From an uncultured Chloroflexia bacterium (GTDB lineage Bacteria > Chloroflexota > Limnocylindria > Limnocylindrales > CSP1-4): 64,000 nucleotides of DNA. The position numbers and the translations under genes are program-made. The stretch covers positions 96,001 through 160,000 of the forward strand of contig CAVVNQ010000008.1 in NCBI GenBank assembly GCA_963749705.1, in the 5' to 3' direction. This document shows, in pieces, positions 48,975-58,896 of this stretch; position 1 is the first letter of the stretch, and every line of letters begins with the position of its first letter. Under the pieces are notes generated by a model. That model was not told where the DNA came from. It saw nothing but the letters and a program-made list of their open reading frames with translations, and ran no database searches.

Positions 48975-49628
48975 ATGACCCCATCGCCCACGTCGTCGAC
49001 CGCGTCGCCCACGGTCGAGTTCGAACACCCGGCCACGCGGGCGCAGGAGCTGGCCGGAAGGCCCGGCGTGGTCCGGCTGCTCGACCTGCCCGAGCGGCGA
49101 TGCGTGATGATCGACGGCGAGGGCCCGGCGGGTGAGGCCGCGTTCGCGCCCCGCATGCCCGGGTTGTACACGACCGCCTGGACGCTGCGGTTTGCGCTCA
49201 AGGGGCGCGGCCTCGTCACGAAGGTGGGACCGCTCGAGGGCCAGTGGTGGACGATCGACGGCGTGACGGACCTGGACGCGATCTTTGGCGACGGTGAGCG
49301 TGGCACGTGGCGCTGGACGCTGCTCATCGTCCTGCCGGACGAGGCGACCGTCGCCGAATGCGACGCCGCGGTTGCCGCCGGCCGAGCGAAGGTCGCCGAA
49401 CCATTCGCGGCGTCGCTTCGCATCGAGCCGTTCTCGGAGGGTCGCGCGGCGCAGGTGCTCCATCTCGGGTCGTATGCCGACGAGCGGCCGACGATCGAGC
49501 GGCTCCATGCGGCGATCGCCGATGCGGGGCTCCATCCGGCCGGTCGCCATCACGAGATCTACCTCGGCATCCCCGGCCGCGGCGATCCGACCAGGCTGCG
49601 CACGATCCTCCGCCAGCCGGTTGCCTGA
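48975..49628 (+). CDS. GyrI-like small-molecule-binding domain protein
   Basis: MIDGEG, PLEGQWW, EGRAAQVLHLGSYADE, GRHHEIYL, LRTILRQPV; AGGAGG SD. Confidence 0.88.
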   Translation: MTPSPTSSTASPTVEFEHPATRAQELAGRPGVVRLLDLPERRCVMIDGEGPAGEAAFAPRMPGLYTTAWTLRFALKGRGLVTKVGPLEGQWWTIDGVTDLDAIFGDGERGTWRWTLLIVLPDEATVAECDAAVAAGRAKVAEPFAASLRIEPFSEGRAAQVLHLGSYADERPTIERLHAAIADAGLHPAGRHHEIYLGIPGRGDPTRLRTILRQPVA

Positions 49629-49665
49629 TCGCGGGTCGCCACCGCGCAGGCCGATCCGCCGTGGG

Positions 49666-52434
49666 CTACAGCGCGGGCAGCACCTGGTGGTCCGTCTGCG
49701 CCGCCGCGAACAGGTCGCCGAGCTCGGCCACTCGCGCCGGCAGCGTCCGGATCGTCCAGCGGTCCGGGGCGAGGGCGGGGTCGTCCAGCTCGTCCCAGCG
49801 GATCGGTGCCGAGACCGGGGCGCCGGGTCGGGGCCGCACGGCGTACGGGGCGACGAGCGTCTTGATCCCCGCGTTCTGGGTGTAGTCGAGCCGCGCCCGG
49901 CCGCCGCGCTGCGCCTTCGACCATTCCCAGGAGACCAGGTCGGGGATGGTCGCCCCGATGGCGCGCGACAGCTTCTCGATCCATGCCGACGTCTCGGCGT
50001 ACGTGTAGCGACCCCGCTCGACCGGGATCCAGGCCTGGATCCCGCGGCTGCCCGTGACCTTCGGCACCGCCCGGACCCCGAGGTGCTCGAGCGCGGCGCG
50101 GTAGAGCCGTGCGATCAGCAGCGTCTGCTCCCAGGTCGTCGTCGTGCCGGGATCGATGTCGATGAGGGCGAAGGTGGGAGTCCAGGGGTCGCCGGTGGTC
50201 GACGTCCACGCATGGATCTCGAACGACGCCTGGTTGCCCAGCCAGCACAGCGTGGCCGCGCGGTCGGCGACCAGGTGGTCGTTCGGGTCGCGGTCCTCGC
50301 GCTCGCGGAAGCCCTGCTCATGCCAGATCGTGAGCCACGCCGGCGCGCTCTTGGGAATGTCCTTCTGCCAGAAGCCGGGTGCGCCGGCCCCGTTCGGGAA
50401 GCGCTGCAGGTTGAGCGGGCGGCCCGCGAGATGCGGGAGCATCACCGGCGCGATCCGCGCGAAGTAGGCGATCAGCTCGCGCTTGGTGATCGGCGCTTCG
50501 TCCACGCCGTCACGCGGCGGGAACAGGGCCTTGTCCAGGTTCGTGAGCCGCAGCTCCTGGCCCGCGACGACCCAACGGCCCTCGCCCTTCATCGACGCGA
50601 GCTCCGCCAGCTCGGCTTCCGTCACCAGCCAGTCAGCCGGGGCCTCGGATGCCGCCGCGGCACCGGGCTCGGGCGCCGGCGCCGGCGCGGGTGATGCGCG
50701 GACGCTCATCGAGGACAGCAGTGGATTCTCGCGGGGAGCGGACTCATCGCGGGCCCGCCTGGGGCTGACCGCCCGCTCGCGCACGACCTCGCGTGGATCG
50801 CGACCCTCCTCGATCCCCTTGAACGACGTCTGCCGGACATGATCGTCTCGTGTCCAGCCGCCGATCTCGGCCCGGATGACCAGCTCCGGCCGGGCCCAGC
50901 GGACGCCGGCCAGGTCGCCACCCCAACGCCCCCGGTAGCCGGCCGGCGGCGGCGGGTCGAACGGCGGCGCGTCGGCCTCGAGCACCTCGAGGCGCCGCCG
51001 CAGCTCGCGGCGGCCACGGTCCGTGAACCCGGAGCCGACCTTGCCGGCGAACCGCAGCCGGTCGTCCTCGTACACGCCGACGACGATCGCGCCCAGCTCG
51101 CGCGCCGTCCCCTCTCCCGGCGTCCAGCCGCCGACGACGAGCTCCTGCTCCGGCCTTGCCTTGAGCTTGAGCCAGGTCGTCACCCGCCGGCCCGGCTCGT
51201 ATCGCGAACGGCGCAGCTTGGCGACCAGCCCCTCGAGCCCCTGGGCCTTGACGGCCTCGAAGAACGCGATGCCTTCGGTGTCGACGTGGGACGCGTATCG
51301 CACCCGGGCGTTTGGCCTGAGCACCAGCTCGAGGAGCTTCTTCCGATCCTCGAGCGGGACGTCGAGGAGCGAGCGCCCGTCGAGGTACAGGAGATCGAAC
51401 GCCTGGTACACGAGCGCGCCCTCGGCCCGGCCGGTCCGACCCTCGCTGATGCGCTGCTGGAGGAGCGAGAAGTCGGGCCGTCCCTCGCCGTCCAGCGCCA
51501 CGACCTCGCCATCGACGATCGCCTCGCGTGCCTCGATCCAGGTTGGCGGCGCCAGGAGGCGCGGGAAGTACGCCGCGGCATCGTTGCCATTGCGCGTGAA
51601 CAGGCTGACATCGCCGTCGCGGACGACCGCCTCCACGCGGTAGCCGTCCCACTTGATCTCGAACAGCCAGTCGTCGTCCCGGAACGGCTTCGTGGTCAGC
51701 GTGGCCTTCATCGGCTCGACGTAGCGCGGCAGCGGCGCCTCGCGAGCAGCGCTGAGATCGATCCCGGCCGTTGCGGCAGGCGCCTCCGAGACCCAGATCG
51801 CGGGGGCGTTGGCCTTGACCTCGTCGTTGGTGCGGCCCGATTTCACGCTCTGGAGGTGGTCCTCGGCGTCCCAGCCGGGGACCGCGTGCTCGTCGCGCTT
51901 GTGGATCAGCAGCCACTGCTCGCCCTCGTCGTCCTCGAACGCGGTTCGGGGCGCGGCGCCCGGGCGCCGGGAGGTGCGCACGATGGTGAACCTGCCATGC
52001 AGCTTCTCGCCCCGGGCACGGAACTTGAGCTCGCCGTGCTCGATCGCCGCGGCGGGATCGGGGGTCTCCGCCTCGGGCTCCCAGGTGCCCCAGTCCCACA
52101 CGATCACATCGCCGGCGCCGTACTGGCGGGCCGGGATCACGCCCTCGAAGTCGAAGTACTCGAGCGGGTGATCCTCCACGTGGATCGCCATCCGGCGAGC
52201 GGCGGGGTCGAGCGTCGGACCCTTGGGCACGGCCCACGAGACGAGCACGCCGTCGATCTCCAGCCGCATGTCGTAGTGGAGGCGGGTCGCGCGATGGCGC
52301 TGGACGACGAACCGCCGCCGGGTCCCGGGTCCGGCGGGCTCCGCGCGGGTACCGCCGTCCGCCGCCGGCCCGCCCGGAGCCGGCTCGGGTGTCTTCGCGA
52401 AGTTCCGCTTCCGTCGATATTCGTCCAGCGGCAT
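49666..52434 (-). CDS. ligD: NHEJ DNA ligase D (phosphoesterase-ligase-polymerase)
   Basis: EYRRKRNF, QRHRATRLHYD (PE); EIKWDGYR, EGLVAK, WLKLK (LIG); LTNLDK, RFPNG, DIDP, DYTQN, APYAVR (POL). Confidence 0.97.
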   Translation of the reverse strand: MPLDEYRRKRNFAKTPEPAPGGPAADGGTRAEPAGPGTRRRFVVQRHRATRLHYDMRLEIDGVLVSWAVPKGPTLDPAARRMAIHVEDHPLEYFDFEGVIPARQYGAGDVIVWDWGTWEPEAETPDPAAAIEHGELKFRARGEKLHGRFTIVRTSRRPGAAPRTAFEDDEGEQWLLIHKRDEHAVPGWDAEDHLQSVKSGRTNDEVKANAPAIWVSEAPAATAGIDLSAAREAPLPRYVEPMKATLTTKPFRDDDWLFEIKWDGYRVEAVVRDGDVSLFTRNGNDAAAYFPRLLAPPTWIEAREAIVDGEVVALDGEGRPDFSLLQQRISEGRTGRAEGALVYQAFDLLYLDGRSLLDVPLEDRKKLLELVLRPNARVRYASHVDTEGIAFFEAVKAQGLEGLVAKLRRSRYEPGRRVTTWLKLKARPEQELVVGGWTPGEGTARELGAIVVGVYEDDRLRFAGKVGSGFTDRGRRELRRRLEVLEADAPPFDPPPPAGYRGRWGGDLAGVRWARPELVIRAEIGGWTRDDHVRQTSFKGIEEGRDPREVVRERAVSPRRARDESAPRENPLLSSMSVRASPAPAPAPEPGAAAASEAPADWLVTEAELAELASMKGEGRWVVAGQELRLTNLDKALFPPRDGVDEAPITKRELIAYFARIAPVMLPHLAGRPLNLQRFPNGAGAPGFWQKDIPKSAPAWLTIWHEQGFREREDRDPNDHLVADRAATLCWLGNQASFEIHAWTSTTGDPWTPTFALIDIDPGTTTTWEQTLLIARLYRAALEHLGVRAVPKVTGSRGIQAWIPVERGRYTYAETSAWIEKLSRAIGATIPDLVSWEWSKAQRGGRARLDYTQNAGIKTLVAPYAVRPRPGAPVSAPIRWDELDDPALAPDRWTIRTLPARVAELGDLFAAAQTDHQVLPAL

Positions 52435-52547
52435 GGGCGGAGTATGCCGCGGTCCCGCTGGCGAGTGACCGATGGCCGGTGGCAACGGAGCACCGCTCGG
52501 CGAGATTGGGCAGCGTCCGAGGTTGCCCACCCACCCACGAGGGACCC

Positions 52548-52994
52548 ATGCACGCGCAGCTCCTGCCCCTCTCGCGTCCGCTCAGCCGGCCCCGCTTCGC
52601 CTGGCTCGCCGTCGCACTCGAGCTGTTGACGGCGGTCGGAGCCATCCCGGTCGGCATCATGCTGGTCACCGACCCGACGGGGGCCGGCGTCGGCTTCCCT
52701 GCCGGCTGGATCGAGGCGACGCCGTTCGGGTCGTACCTCATCCCGGGCATCTACCTGCTGGTCATGAACGGTGCCGGGATGCTCGTCGTCGCGGCCCTGA
52801 CCCTGGTCCGACACTGGACCGCGCCATGGCTGACGGGCGTGTTCGGCGCCGGACTGGCGATCTGGATCGGCGTCCAGCTCGTGGTGATGCCCGAGTTCTC
52901 GTTCCTCCAGGCGATCTACGGCACCATCGGGCTGGCGCTGGCCGTGATCAGCGTGGCGTGGCTGCGGCGGACGGACCAGCTCCGTCTCTGGTAG
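52548..52994 (+). CDS. Small 4-TM hypothetical membrane protein
   Basis: GAIPVG..DPTG, TPFGSYLIPGIYLLVMNG, WIGVQ. Confidence 0.8.
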   Translation: MHAQLLPLSRPLSRPRFAWLAVALELLTAVGAIPVGIMLVTDPTGAGVGFPAGWIEATPFGSYLIPGIYLLVMNGAGMLVVAALTLVRHWTAPWLTGVFGAGLAIWIGVQLVVMPEFSFLQAIYGTIGLALAVISVAWLRRTDQLRLW

Positions 52995-53034
52995 ACCCGG
53001 GTCGCGGACAGATCCCGCGTCGCGGGAGAAGAGC

Positions 53035-53967
53035 TCAGGCGCTCTTGCGCCGCCGAGCCGGGCGTGCCTCGGCCTCGTCCTCGGCTCCGGAAGCGGTCGC
53101 CGCGTCCTTCGCTGGCCGCTTCGCGCGCGCCTTCTTCGCCTCTCGGACCGATACCGGCGCCGGGCTGTCCTTCGCCTTCTGGTCGGTCGCGGCCTTGACG
53201 CTCGCCTCGAGCAGCTTCATCAGGTCGACCAGGCTGGTGCTCTCCTCGACGGGGGCTGGCAGCGCGATCTCCTGGCCCTCGATCTTGGCCTCGATCACCT
53301 TGAGCAGCGCCTCGCGATACCCGTCCTTGTAGCGCGACGGGTCGAACGCCTCGGTCATCGCCTCCACCAGCTGCTCGGCCATCGTGAGCTCCGCCGGCTT
53401 GAACTCGAACTCCTCCTCGGGCAGGTCGAGCTCCTTGACGGATCGGATCTCGTCCGGCCAGTGGAGGGTGGTCAGGAGCATCGTGCTCTCGAACGGGTCC
53501 AGGGCGGCCAGGGCCTCGCGGTCCCGGATCACGACCTTGCAGATGGCCGTCAGGTTCCGCTCCGCCAGCACCTGCCGCAGCAGGTAGAAGGCCTTGCGGC
53601 CGATCTTGTCGGGTTCGATGAAGTACGCCTGGCGTGTGAACTTCGAATGCTCGGCCGTGGTCGCGTCGCGCGGGGCGAACTGCTCGATCTCGATCGAGCG
53701 CACGGTCTTGAGCGGGACCTTCTCGATGTCCTCGTCCGTGATCACCACGTACTGGTCGGGGGCGTACTCGTAGCCCTTGACCGTCTCGCTGCGCGAGATG
53801 ACCTGCTCGTCCTCGGGACACCAGACCTTCATCTGGATCCGCGTCAGGTCGGTCTCGTGGAGCATGTTGAATCGGATCGCATAGTCCGATTCGGTCGCGG
53901 TATACAGCTTGACCGGGATGGTGACCAGTCCGAACTGGATGGCCCCCTTCCACATCGAGCGTGCCAC
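53035..53967 (-). CDS. ku: NHEJ DNA end-binding protein Ku
   Basis: RSMWKGAIQFGLVTIPVKLY, VKGYE, YKDGYREAL, VDLMKLLEASV, basic tail. Confidence 0.97.
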   Translation of the reverse strand: MARSMWKGAIQFGLVTIPVKLYTATESDYAIRFNMLHETDLTRIQMKVWCPEDEQVISRSETVKGYEYAPDQYVVITDEDIEKVPLKTVRSIEIEQFAPRDATTAEHSKFTRQAYFIEPDKIGRKAFYLLRQVLAERNLTAICKVVIRDREALAALDPFESTMLLTTLHWPDEIRSVKELDLPEEEFEFKPAELTMAEQLVEAMTEAFDPSRYKDGYREALLKVIEAKIEGQEIALPAPVEESTSLVDLMKLLEASVKAATDQKAKDSPAPVSVREAKKARAKRPAKDAATASGAEDEAEARPARRRKSA

Positions 53968-54018
53968 GGGCTGTTCGATCCTCACGTTCTGCCGTGTCTG
54001 GGAACGGCAGGGTGCGCC

Positions 54019-54043
54019 GTTCCCGCTACCGGGACGGTAAACC
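54019..54043 (-). promoter_or_regulatory. SigB/SigF-like general-stress promoter upstream of ku
   Basis: GGTTTA-N13-GGGAAC about 50 nt upstream of the ku start. Confidence 0.5.
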
Positions 54044-54074
54044 TACCACTCGCCCGCAAGGACCCCCGCGGTCG

Positions 54075-56618
54075 CTACGGGATCGCGGCGGCCCGCGCGG
54101 CGGCCATGGTCGAGTCGCTCACCACGCCGGTCCCGCCGAGCACGACGATCCGGCCGGGGTGGAGCCGCGCGAGCTCGGTCGCGATGGACGACGGGATGGC
54201 GTCGGGTCGCACGAGCAGGACCGGAACCTTCGCGGCCCCGGCGGCCGCGGCCCCCGCGAGCGCATCGGGGAAGTTGAGCCCGCTGGCCACGTACGCGACC
54301 GGGACACCCGCCGAGAAGCTCGCCTTGCTGATCGCGGCCGCGGTGGCGAACCGGTCGGGGCCCGACAGGCGGGTGACGGTGCCCGCGGTGTAGGCCTTGA
54401 GCGCCGTCTTCACCGCGTCGCTCACCGCGCTGGGGCCGCCGAGCACGACGATCCGGCCGGGGTGGAGCCGCGCGAGCTCGGTCGCGATGGACGACGGGAT
54501 GGCGTCGGGTCGCACGAGCAGGACCGGAACCTTCGCGGCCCCGGCGGCCGCGGCCCCCGCGAGCGCATCGGGGAAGTTGAGCCCGCTGGCCACGTACGCG
54601 ACCGGGACGCCCGCCGAGAAGCTCGCCTTGCTGATCGCGGCCGCGGTGGCGAACCGGTCGGGGCCCGACAGGCGGGTGACGGTGCCCGCGGTGTAGGCCT
54701 TGAGCGCCGTCTTCACCGCGTCGCTCACCGCGCTGGGGCCGCCGAGCACGACGATCCGGCCGGGGTGGAGCCGCGCGAGCTCGGTCGCGATGGACGACGG
54801 GATGGCGTCGGGTCGCACGAGCAGGACCGGAGCCTTCGCGGCCCCGGCGGCCGCGGCCCCCGCGAGCGCATCGGGGAAGTTGAGCCCGCTGGCCACGTAC
54901 GCGACCGGGACACCCGCCGAGAAGCTCGCCTTGCTGATCGCGGCCGCGGTGGCGAACCGGTCGGGGCCCGACAGGCGCGAGGTCGGAACGGGTGTGACGG
55001 CGATCACGATGTTGGTGGTCCGGTCACGGTCACCCGACCGGCCGTGGATCGTGATCGGATAGGCGCCGGTGGGCGCGTCCGCCGGGATCGTGATCGTCAG
55101 GGTCGCCGCGGCCGATCCATCGCTGGCCAGATCGACCGGATCCACGATGCCGATCAGGCCGTCCGGCACGTCGACCGAGACGTCCACGGTGTCCGTGAAG
55201 TCCTCGGCACGGATGACGTCGATCGGGACCTGGAACGTCATCCCGGGCCATGGCAGGAAGCCATCCGGAACGGCAGCTGCAAGGGCAAAGTCGCCAAGCG
55301 GGACGATCCGCGAGACGTCGAGCAGCGGCTCGTGGTGGGAGTCCGGATCCGTCGCGACGTTCCAGCCGAGGTTGCCCATGGCCTGGAGGGCCGCCTTGAC
55401 GTCGACCGGCGTTGCCAGCGGTCGCGACGACTTGTAGAGGGCAACCGCGCCCGTGACCAGCGGCGCAGCCATCGACGTCCCGGACAGGTATCCGTACGAG
55501 TTGTTGGGCAGGGTGGAGCGGATGCATTTGCCCGGAGCGATCAGGTCGACGTCCGCGCCGTAGTTCGAGAAGTTGGCGAACGTGTCGTCCGTGTCGTAGC
55601 TGCCCCACGAGTAGCAGGCGTGGCCGCCGAGCCCGCCCGGCAGCCCATCCGTGTCGGCGAGTGCCGAGACCGTGATCACCTCGTCATAGCTGGCCGGCAC
55701 GAGGCGCGAGGCGTTGAACGAGTTGTTGCCGGCCGCCGCGACCACGGTGACCCCCGTCGCGACGAGCCGGCAGATCGCGGCATGCAGGATGTCGTGGTTG
55801 ACGGCGCCGCAGGCGCCATCGTCGGACCCGGGCTTGGCGACCGACATGTTCACCGCCTCGAACAGCGGGCGGGTTGCATCGAGGGGATCGTGCTGCGCCG
55901 CGATCCAGTCGAGACCGCACACATACCACGACAGCAGGCCGTTGCCGGCCGAATCGAGGATCCGCACCGCCCACAGGCGGACGCCCGGCGCGACGCCCAC
56001 CACGCCGATGCCGTTGTCCAGCGCGCCGACCGTCCCGGCGACGTGGGTGCCGTGCCCGTTGCTGTCCCACCAGGCGTTCGGGTCGCTGGTCGAGCAGTTG
56101 ACGCCGCCGACGACGTTGAGATCCGGGTGCGTCCGATCGATCCCCGTGTCGACGATCGCAACATCGGCATCCACCCGCTCATCGACCCCGTCGATCTTCG
56201 CGATGGGCGACCGCAGCCCGGAGATGCGTTCGACGCCCGTGGGGACGCTCTGGCCCTGGATCGAGACGACATCGTCCGCGACCACCATGGCGACATCCGG
56301 GTCACGGCGGACGGCGTCGAGCTGGCCGGCGTCGAGCCTGGCCGAGTACCCGTGGACGGCGTGGGCGAAAGTGTGCTCGGGCGATGCGCCCAGCCCGCGT
56401 GCGCGGCCCGCCGCCCGACCCACGTCCCGGCCGTTCTTGAGGACCACGATCCATCGGTTGGCGGTGTCGAGCCCGCTGGCCTTTGCTGCGGCAGTTGCCG
56501 CAGTGGGTGATCGGTGGATGGGGGCCAGCGCCGTGCGGCTCGATACCGCAACCGTCCCAGCCGGTACGGCCGTCAGGGCAATGAAGGCGAGGGCAAGTGC
56601 GGCGGCGGCGCGACGCAT
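54075..56618 (-). CDS. Secreted S8 subtilase with I9-like propeptide and three cell-wall-binding-2 repeats
   Basis: Signal peptide; IVDTGID, HGTHVAG, AAGN, SGTSMAAP; C-terminal 3x RLSGPDRFATA..FPDAL..PVLLV..VLGG. Confidence 0.93.
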   Translation of the reverse strand: MRRAAAALALAFIALTAVPAGTVAVSSRTALAPIHRSPTAATAAAKASGLDTANRWIVVLKNGRDVGRAAGRARGLGASPEHTFAHAVHGYSARLDAGQLDAVRRDPDVAMVVADDVVSIQGQSVPTGVERISGLRSPIAKIDGVDERVDADVAIVDTGIDRTHPDLNVVGGVNCSTSDPNAWWDSNGHGTHVAGTVGALDNGIGVVGVAPGVRLWAVRILDSAGNGLLSWYVCGLDWIAAQHDPLDATRPLFEAVNMSVAKPGSDDGACGAVNHDILHAAICRLVATGVTVVAAAGNNSFNASRLVPASYDEVITVSALADTDGLPGGLGGHACYSWGSYDTDDTFANFSNYGADVDLIAPGKCIRSTLPNNSYGYLSGTSMAAPLVTGAVALYKSSRPLATPVDVKAALQAMGNLGWNVATDPDSHHEPLLDVSRIVPLGDFALAAAVPDGFLPWPGMTFQVPIDVIRAEDFTDTVDVSVDVPDGLIGIVDPVDLASDGSAAATLTITIPADAPTGAYPITIHGRSGDRDRTTNIVIAVTPVPTSRLSGPDRFATAAAISKASFSAGVPVAYVASGLNFPDALAGAAAAGAAKAPVLLVRPDAIPSSIATELARLHPGRIVVLGGPSAVSDAVKTALKAYTAGTVTRLSGPDRFATAAAISKASFSAGVPVAYVASGLNFPDALAGAAAAGAAKVPVLLVRPDAIPSSIATELARLHPGRIVVLGGPSAVSDAVKTALKAYTAGTVTRLSGPDRFATAAAISKASFSAGVPVAYVASGLNFPDALAGAAAAGAAKVPVLLVRPDAIPSSIATELARLHPGRIVVLGGTGVVSDSTMAAARAAAIP
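54133..54977. repeat. Near-identical 303-bp tandem repeat (about 2.8 copies) encoding CWB2 units
   Basis: Same sequence recurs at about 54135, 54438 and 54741 with only a few substitutions. Confidence 0.92.
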
Positions 56619-56785
56619 TGGCGGCTCCCGAGTCCCGGACCATTATGACCAGCGGCGCAACGGCCCCCGCTCGACGCCAGCGTCGCACGGTCGGGGCTGC
56701 CGCGCACGGACCCCGTGGTCACCCCGCTCCCTAGCCCCGCAGTCCCACTCCAGCCTCGCCCCGATGCCCCACCCCCGGCGGAGCG

Positions 56786-58078
56786 CTACGCCGTCTCGAC
56801 GAGGCGCAGCTCAGCCTCAGCATCGGCCACCCGCGCGAGGATGCCGCTGCGCAGCGTGTCCAGCCCCGTCCACACGGCCTTGGTCGCGTTCGAGACCGAT
56901 GTCAGCTGGCTCTTGAGCGCCCGGATCGCCTCCAGCTGCTCCCGCACGCCGGCCAGCGCGCGCCCGATCGCCGCCGCGTCCACCTCGACCTCGCGGTCCT
57001 TGAGCTGGGCCAGCGCGAGGAGCCTCGCCAGGCGCACCGCGGCCTCGAGGTAGGCGCCGTCCGGTGCGTCCGGGTCCACGACCACGTGGACGTCTTCCCC
57101 CACCATCGCGAACGGCGCGACGCCGCTTGGGGCATGTGCGGGCGTCCAGACGGCGACCCCCACCGTCGCCCCGCGGTTCTCGCGCGCTTCGCGCAGCTCC
57201 TCGCGCATCGCCCGCTGCGACATCACGCGGTCCTTTGCCTCGAGCACGACGCGCACGTCCGCGCCGCGCGTGAGGCGGGCATCGATGGTGAGCACGAAGT
57301 CACCCTTCTTCGAGCCGAGCGTGGATCCGACCTCGTTGCCGGTGCGATCCAGCAGGTCTCCGGAGCCGCGGGCCAGATCGCCGAGCATGCCCTCCAGCAG
57401 GTCCTCGAAGTCGCCGCCCTTCGCGGCGGACCGGGAGCGCTCGTCGGCGCGCGCTCGCGCCGCCGCCTCGATCGCGGTCAGTCGCTCGTGGACACCCTTG
57501 AACCCCTCGGCGATCTCCTGCCGGAACTGGTGCAGCGGCGACCCCAGCCGGGTGGGGTCCAGCAGGTGCGCGAGCTTCGAGCGGTCGCCATCGAAGTACT
57601 GCCCGAGCAGGCCGCCGATCCGCCCGATCGCCGAGTCCCGACGCGTCTCGTCGAACAGCTCGTTGACGAACTGCTGGAGCGCGCCGCGGTCCCCGAGGAA
57701 TCGCTCGAGCGTCCGGGGGAGGCGGCCATCCCCGTCCGCGAAGTTGGCGCGCAGGACCTCCTCCACGGCGCGCGCCGCCTGCTCGTTGGCGGCGCTGGTC
57801 TGGGCCACGAGCTTCTCGAACTCGCGGCGGACGACGTCCACGTCCATCGACGTCGACGCGTCCTGGAGTGCCAGCAGCCCGATCCGCAGCGCTCGCTCGA
57901 CGACCGCCGGCCGGTCCGCGACGTCCCGTTCCGAGAGCGATGCGGCAAGCGCGGCGTCCGCGAGCACCAGCCGCTCCACGACGATCCGCTCGCCGTCCAC
58001 CCGGATGTTGGTGGCCATCCGCGGCGCGGTGGATCCGGGCGGGACCACGGCCGGGAGCGGGAGGATTCGTGCTTCCAT
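56786..58078 (-). CDS. Coiled-coil + PD-(D/E)XK nuclease-like protein (RmuC/DUF2130-like)
   Basis: Long helical N-terminus, AKGGDFEDLL, KKGDFV, VVLEAKD, C-terminal coiled coil. Confidence 0.7.
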   Translation of the reverse strand: MEARILPLPAVVPPGSTAPRMATNIRVDGERIVVERLVLADAALAASLSERDVADRPAVVERALRIGLLALQDASTSMDVDVVRREFEKLVAQTSAANEQAARAVEEVLRANFADGDGRLPRTLERFLGDRGALQQFVNELFDETRRDSAIGRIGGLLGQYFDGDRSKLAHLLDPTRLGSPLHQFRQEIAEGFKGVHERLTAIEAAARARADERSRSAAKGGDFEDLLEGMLGDLARGSGDLLDRTGNEVGSTLGSKKGDFVLTIDARLTRGADVRVVLEAKDRVMSQRAMREELREARENRGATVGVAVWTPAHAPSGVAPFAMVGEDVHVVVDPDAPDGAYLEAAVRLARLLALAQLKDREVEVDAAAIGRALAGVREQLEAIRALKSQLTSVSNATKAVWTGLDTLRSGILARVADAEAELRLVETA

Positions 58079-58098
58079 GGCCCGCATCCTGGCGGGCC

Positions 58099-58123
58099 GT
58101 CGTGACACCTAGCCTGTCACGAC
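58099..58123. promoter_or_regulatory. Perfect inverted repeat GTCGTGACA-N7-TGTCACGAC
   Basis: Overlaps the -35 region of the RmuC-like gene and the stop codon of the flavodoxin gene. Confidence 0.55.
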
Positions 58124-58734
58124 CGGAGCGCGGGCTCGAGCGGCCGGCGGATCCGCCGATCGTGGCTCCCGGGCCGACCGAGCGCCGATGCGATCGATCG
58201 CGCCCAGGCCCGCACGCGCCCGACGTCCCGCCAGTCGTCCGGCGGCAGGCTGTCGGCTCGCGCGCCCGCGGGCAGCGGCGCGTGCCCGAACCTCGCCGCA
58301 CCCCGGGCGCTGATCGCCTTGGCCACGCACATCACCGGGGTCGCGTCAGCGCACGGGGCGGAGGCGGCCGACCGGTCCCAGATCTCGGGCGGCGCTGCGA
58401 CATCGGGCTCGTCGAGGATGCCCGTCGCATCCCGGATCCCGGTCGACTCCGCGCCGCCGATCGGGCCGGCGGAGAACAGCCACACGGCCCGGCGAGCCAG
58501 CTCGTCGCGGTGACCGGCGATGAACCCGCCGCCATCGGACGCGCTGCGGACCACGAACACGCCACTGCCGAGGACCACGGCGTCGTACCCGGCAAGGTCG
58601 CTCACGGCGGCGACCGGCCGGCAATCCGCCTCGAGCCCGGCGTCGCGAAGCTCGGCGGCGATCGTGCCGGCGATCCCGGCGGTCGAACCGTTCTGTGAGG
58701 CGAAGGCGACGAGCACGTGGACGGCGGCGCTCAT
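58117..58734 (-). CDS. Flavodoxin domain protein (HemG-like)
   Basis: VAFASQNGSTAGIA, YDAVVLGSGV, VWLFSAGP, DWRD..VRAWARSI. Confidence 0.85.
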   Translation of the reverse strand: MSAAVHVLVAFASQNGSTAGIAGTIAAELRDAGLEADCRPVAAVSDLAGYDAVVLGSGVFVVRSASDGGGFIAGHRDELARRAVWLFSAGPIGGAESTGIRDATGILDEPDVAAPPEIWDRSAASAPCADATPVMCVAKAISARGAARFGHAPLPAGARADSLPPDDWRDVGRVRAWARSIASALGRPGSHDRRIRRPLEPALRS

Positions 58735-58896
58735 GTGCGGACTCCCGACTGCGATGCGGCACATCCTCGCCGCACGTGCTCGCGGCGTGCAGGGCCGTCG
58801 GTCCCCGAATGGCGGGCCGGGACCGGTCGCCCAAGCGTGCCCCTCGGCCCGGTCCATCCGGCTCGCCTGGGGCGGCACCCGGCCCACCGCCGGTGG

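Noticed and set aside
49666-53967. Ku-LigD cluster as a new system
   Set aside because: Canonical bacterial NHEJ; the intervening membrane gene is on the opposite strand and shows no link
54133-54977. Regular repeat as a possible CRISPR array
   Set aside because: 303-bp in-frame coding repeats with no unique spacers and no cas genes
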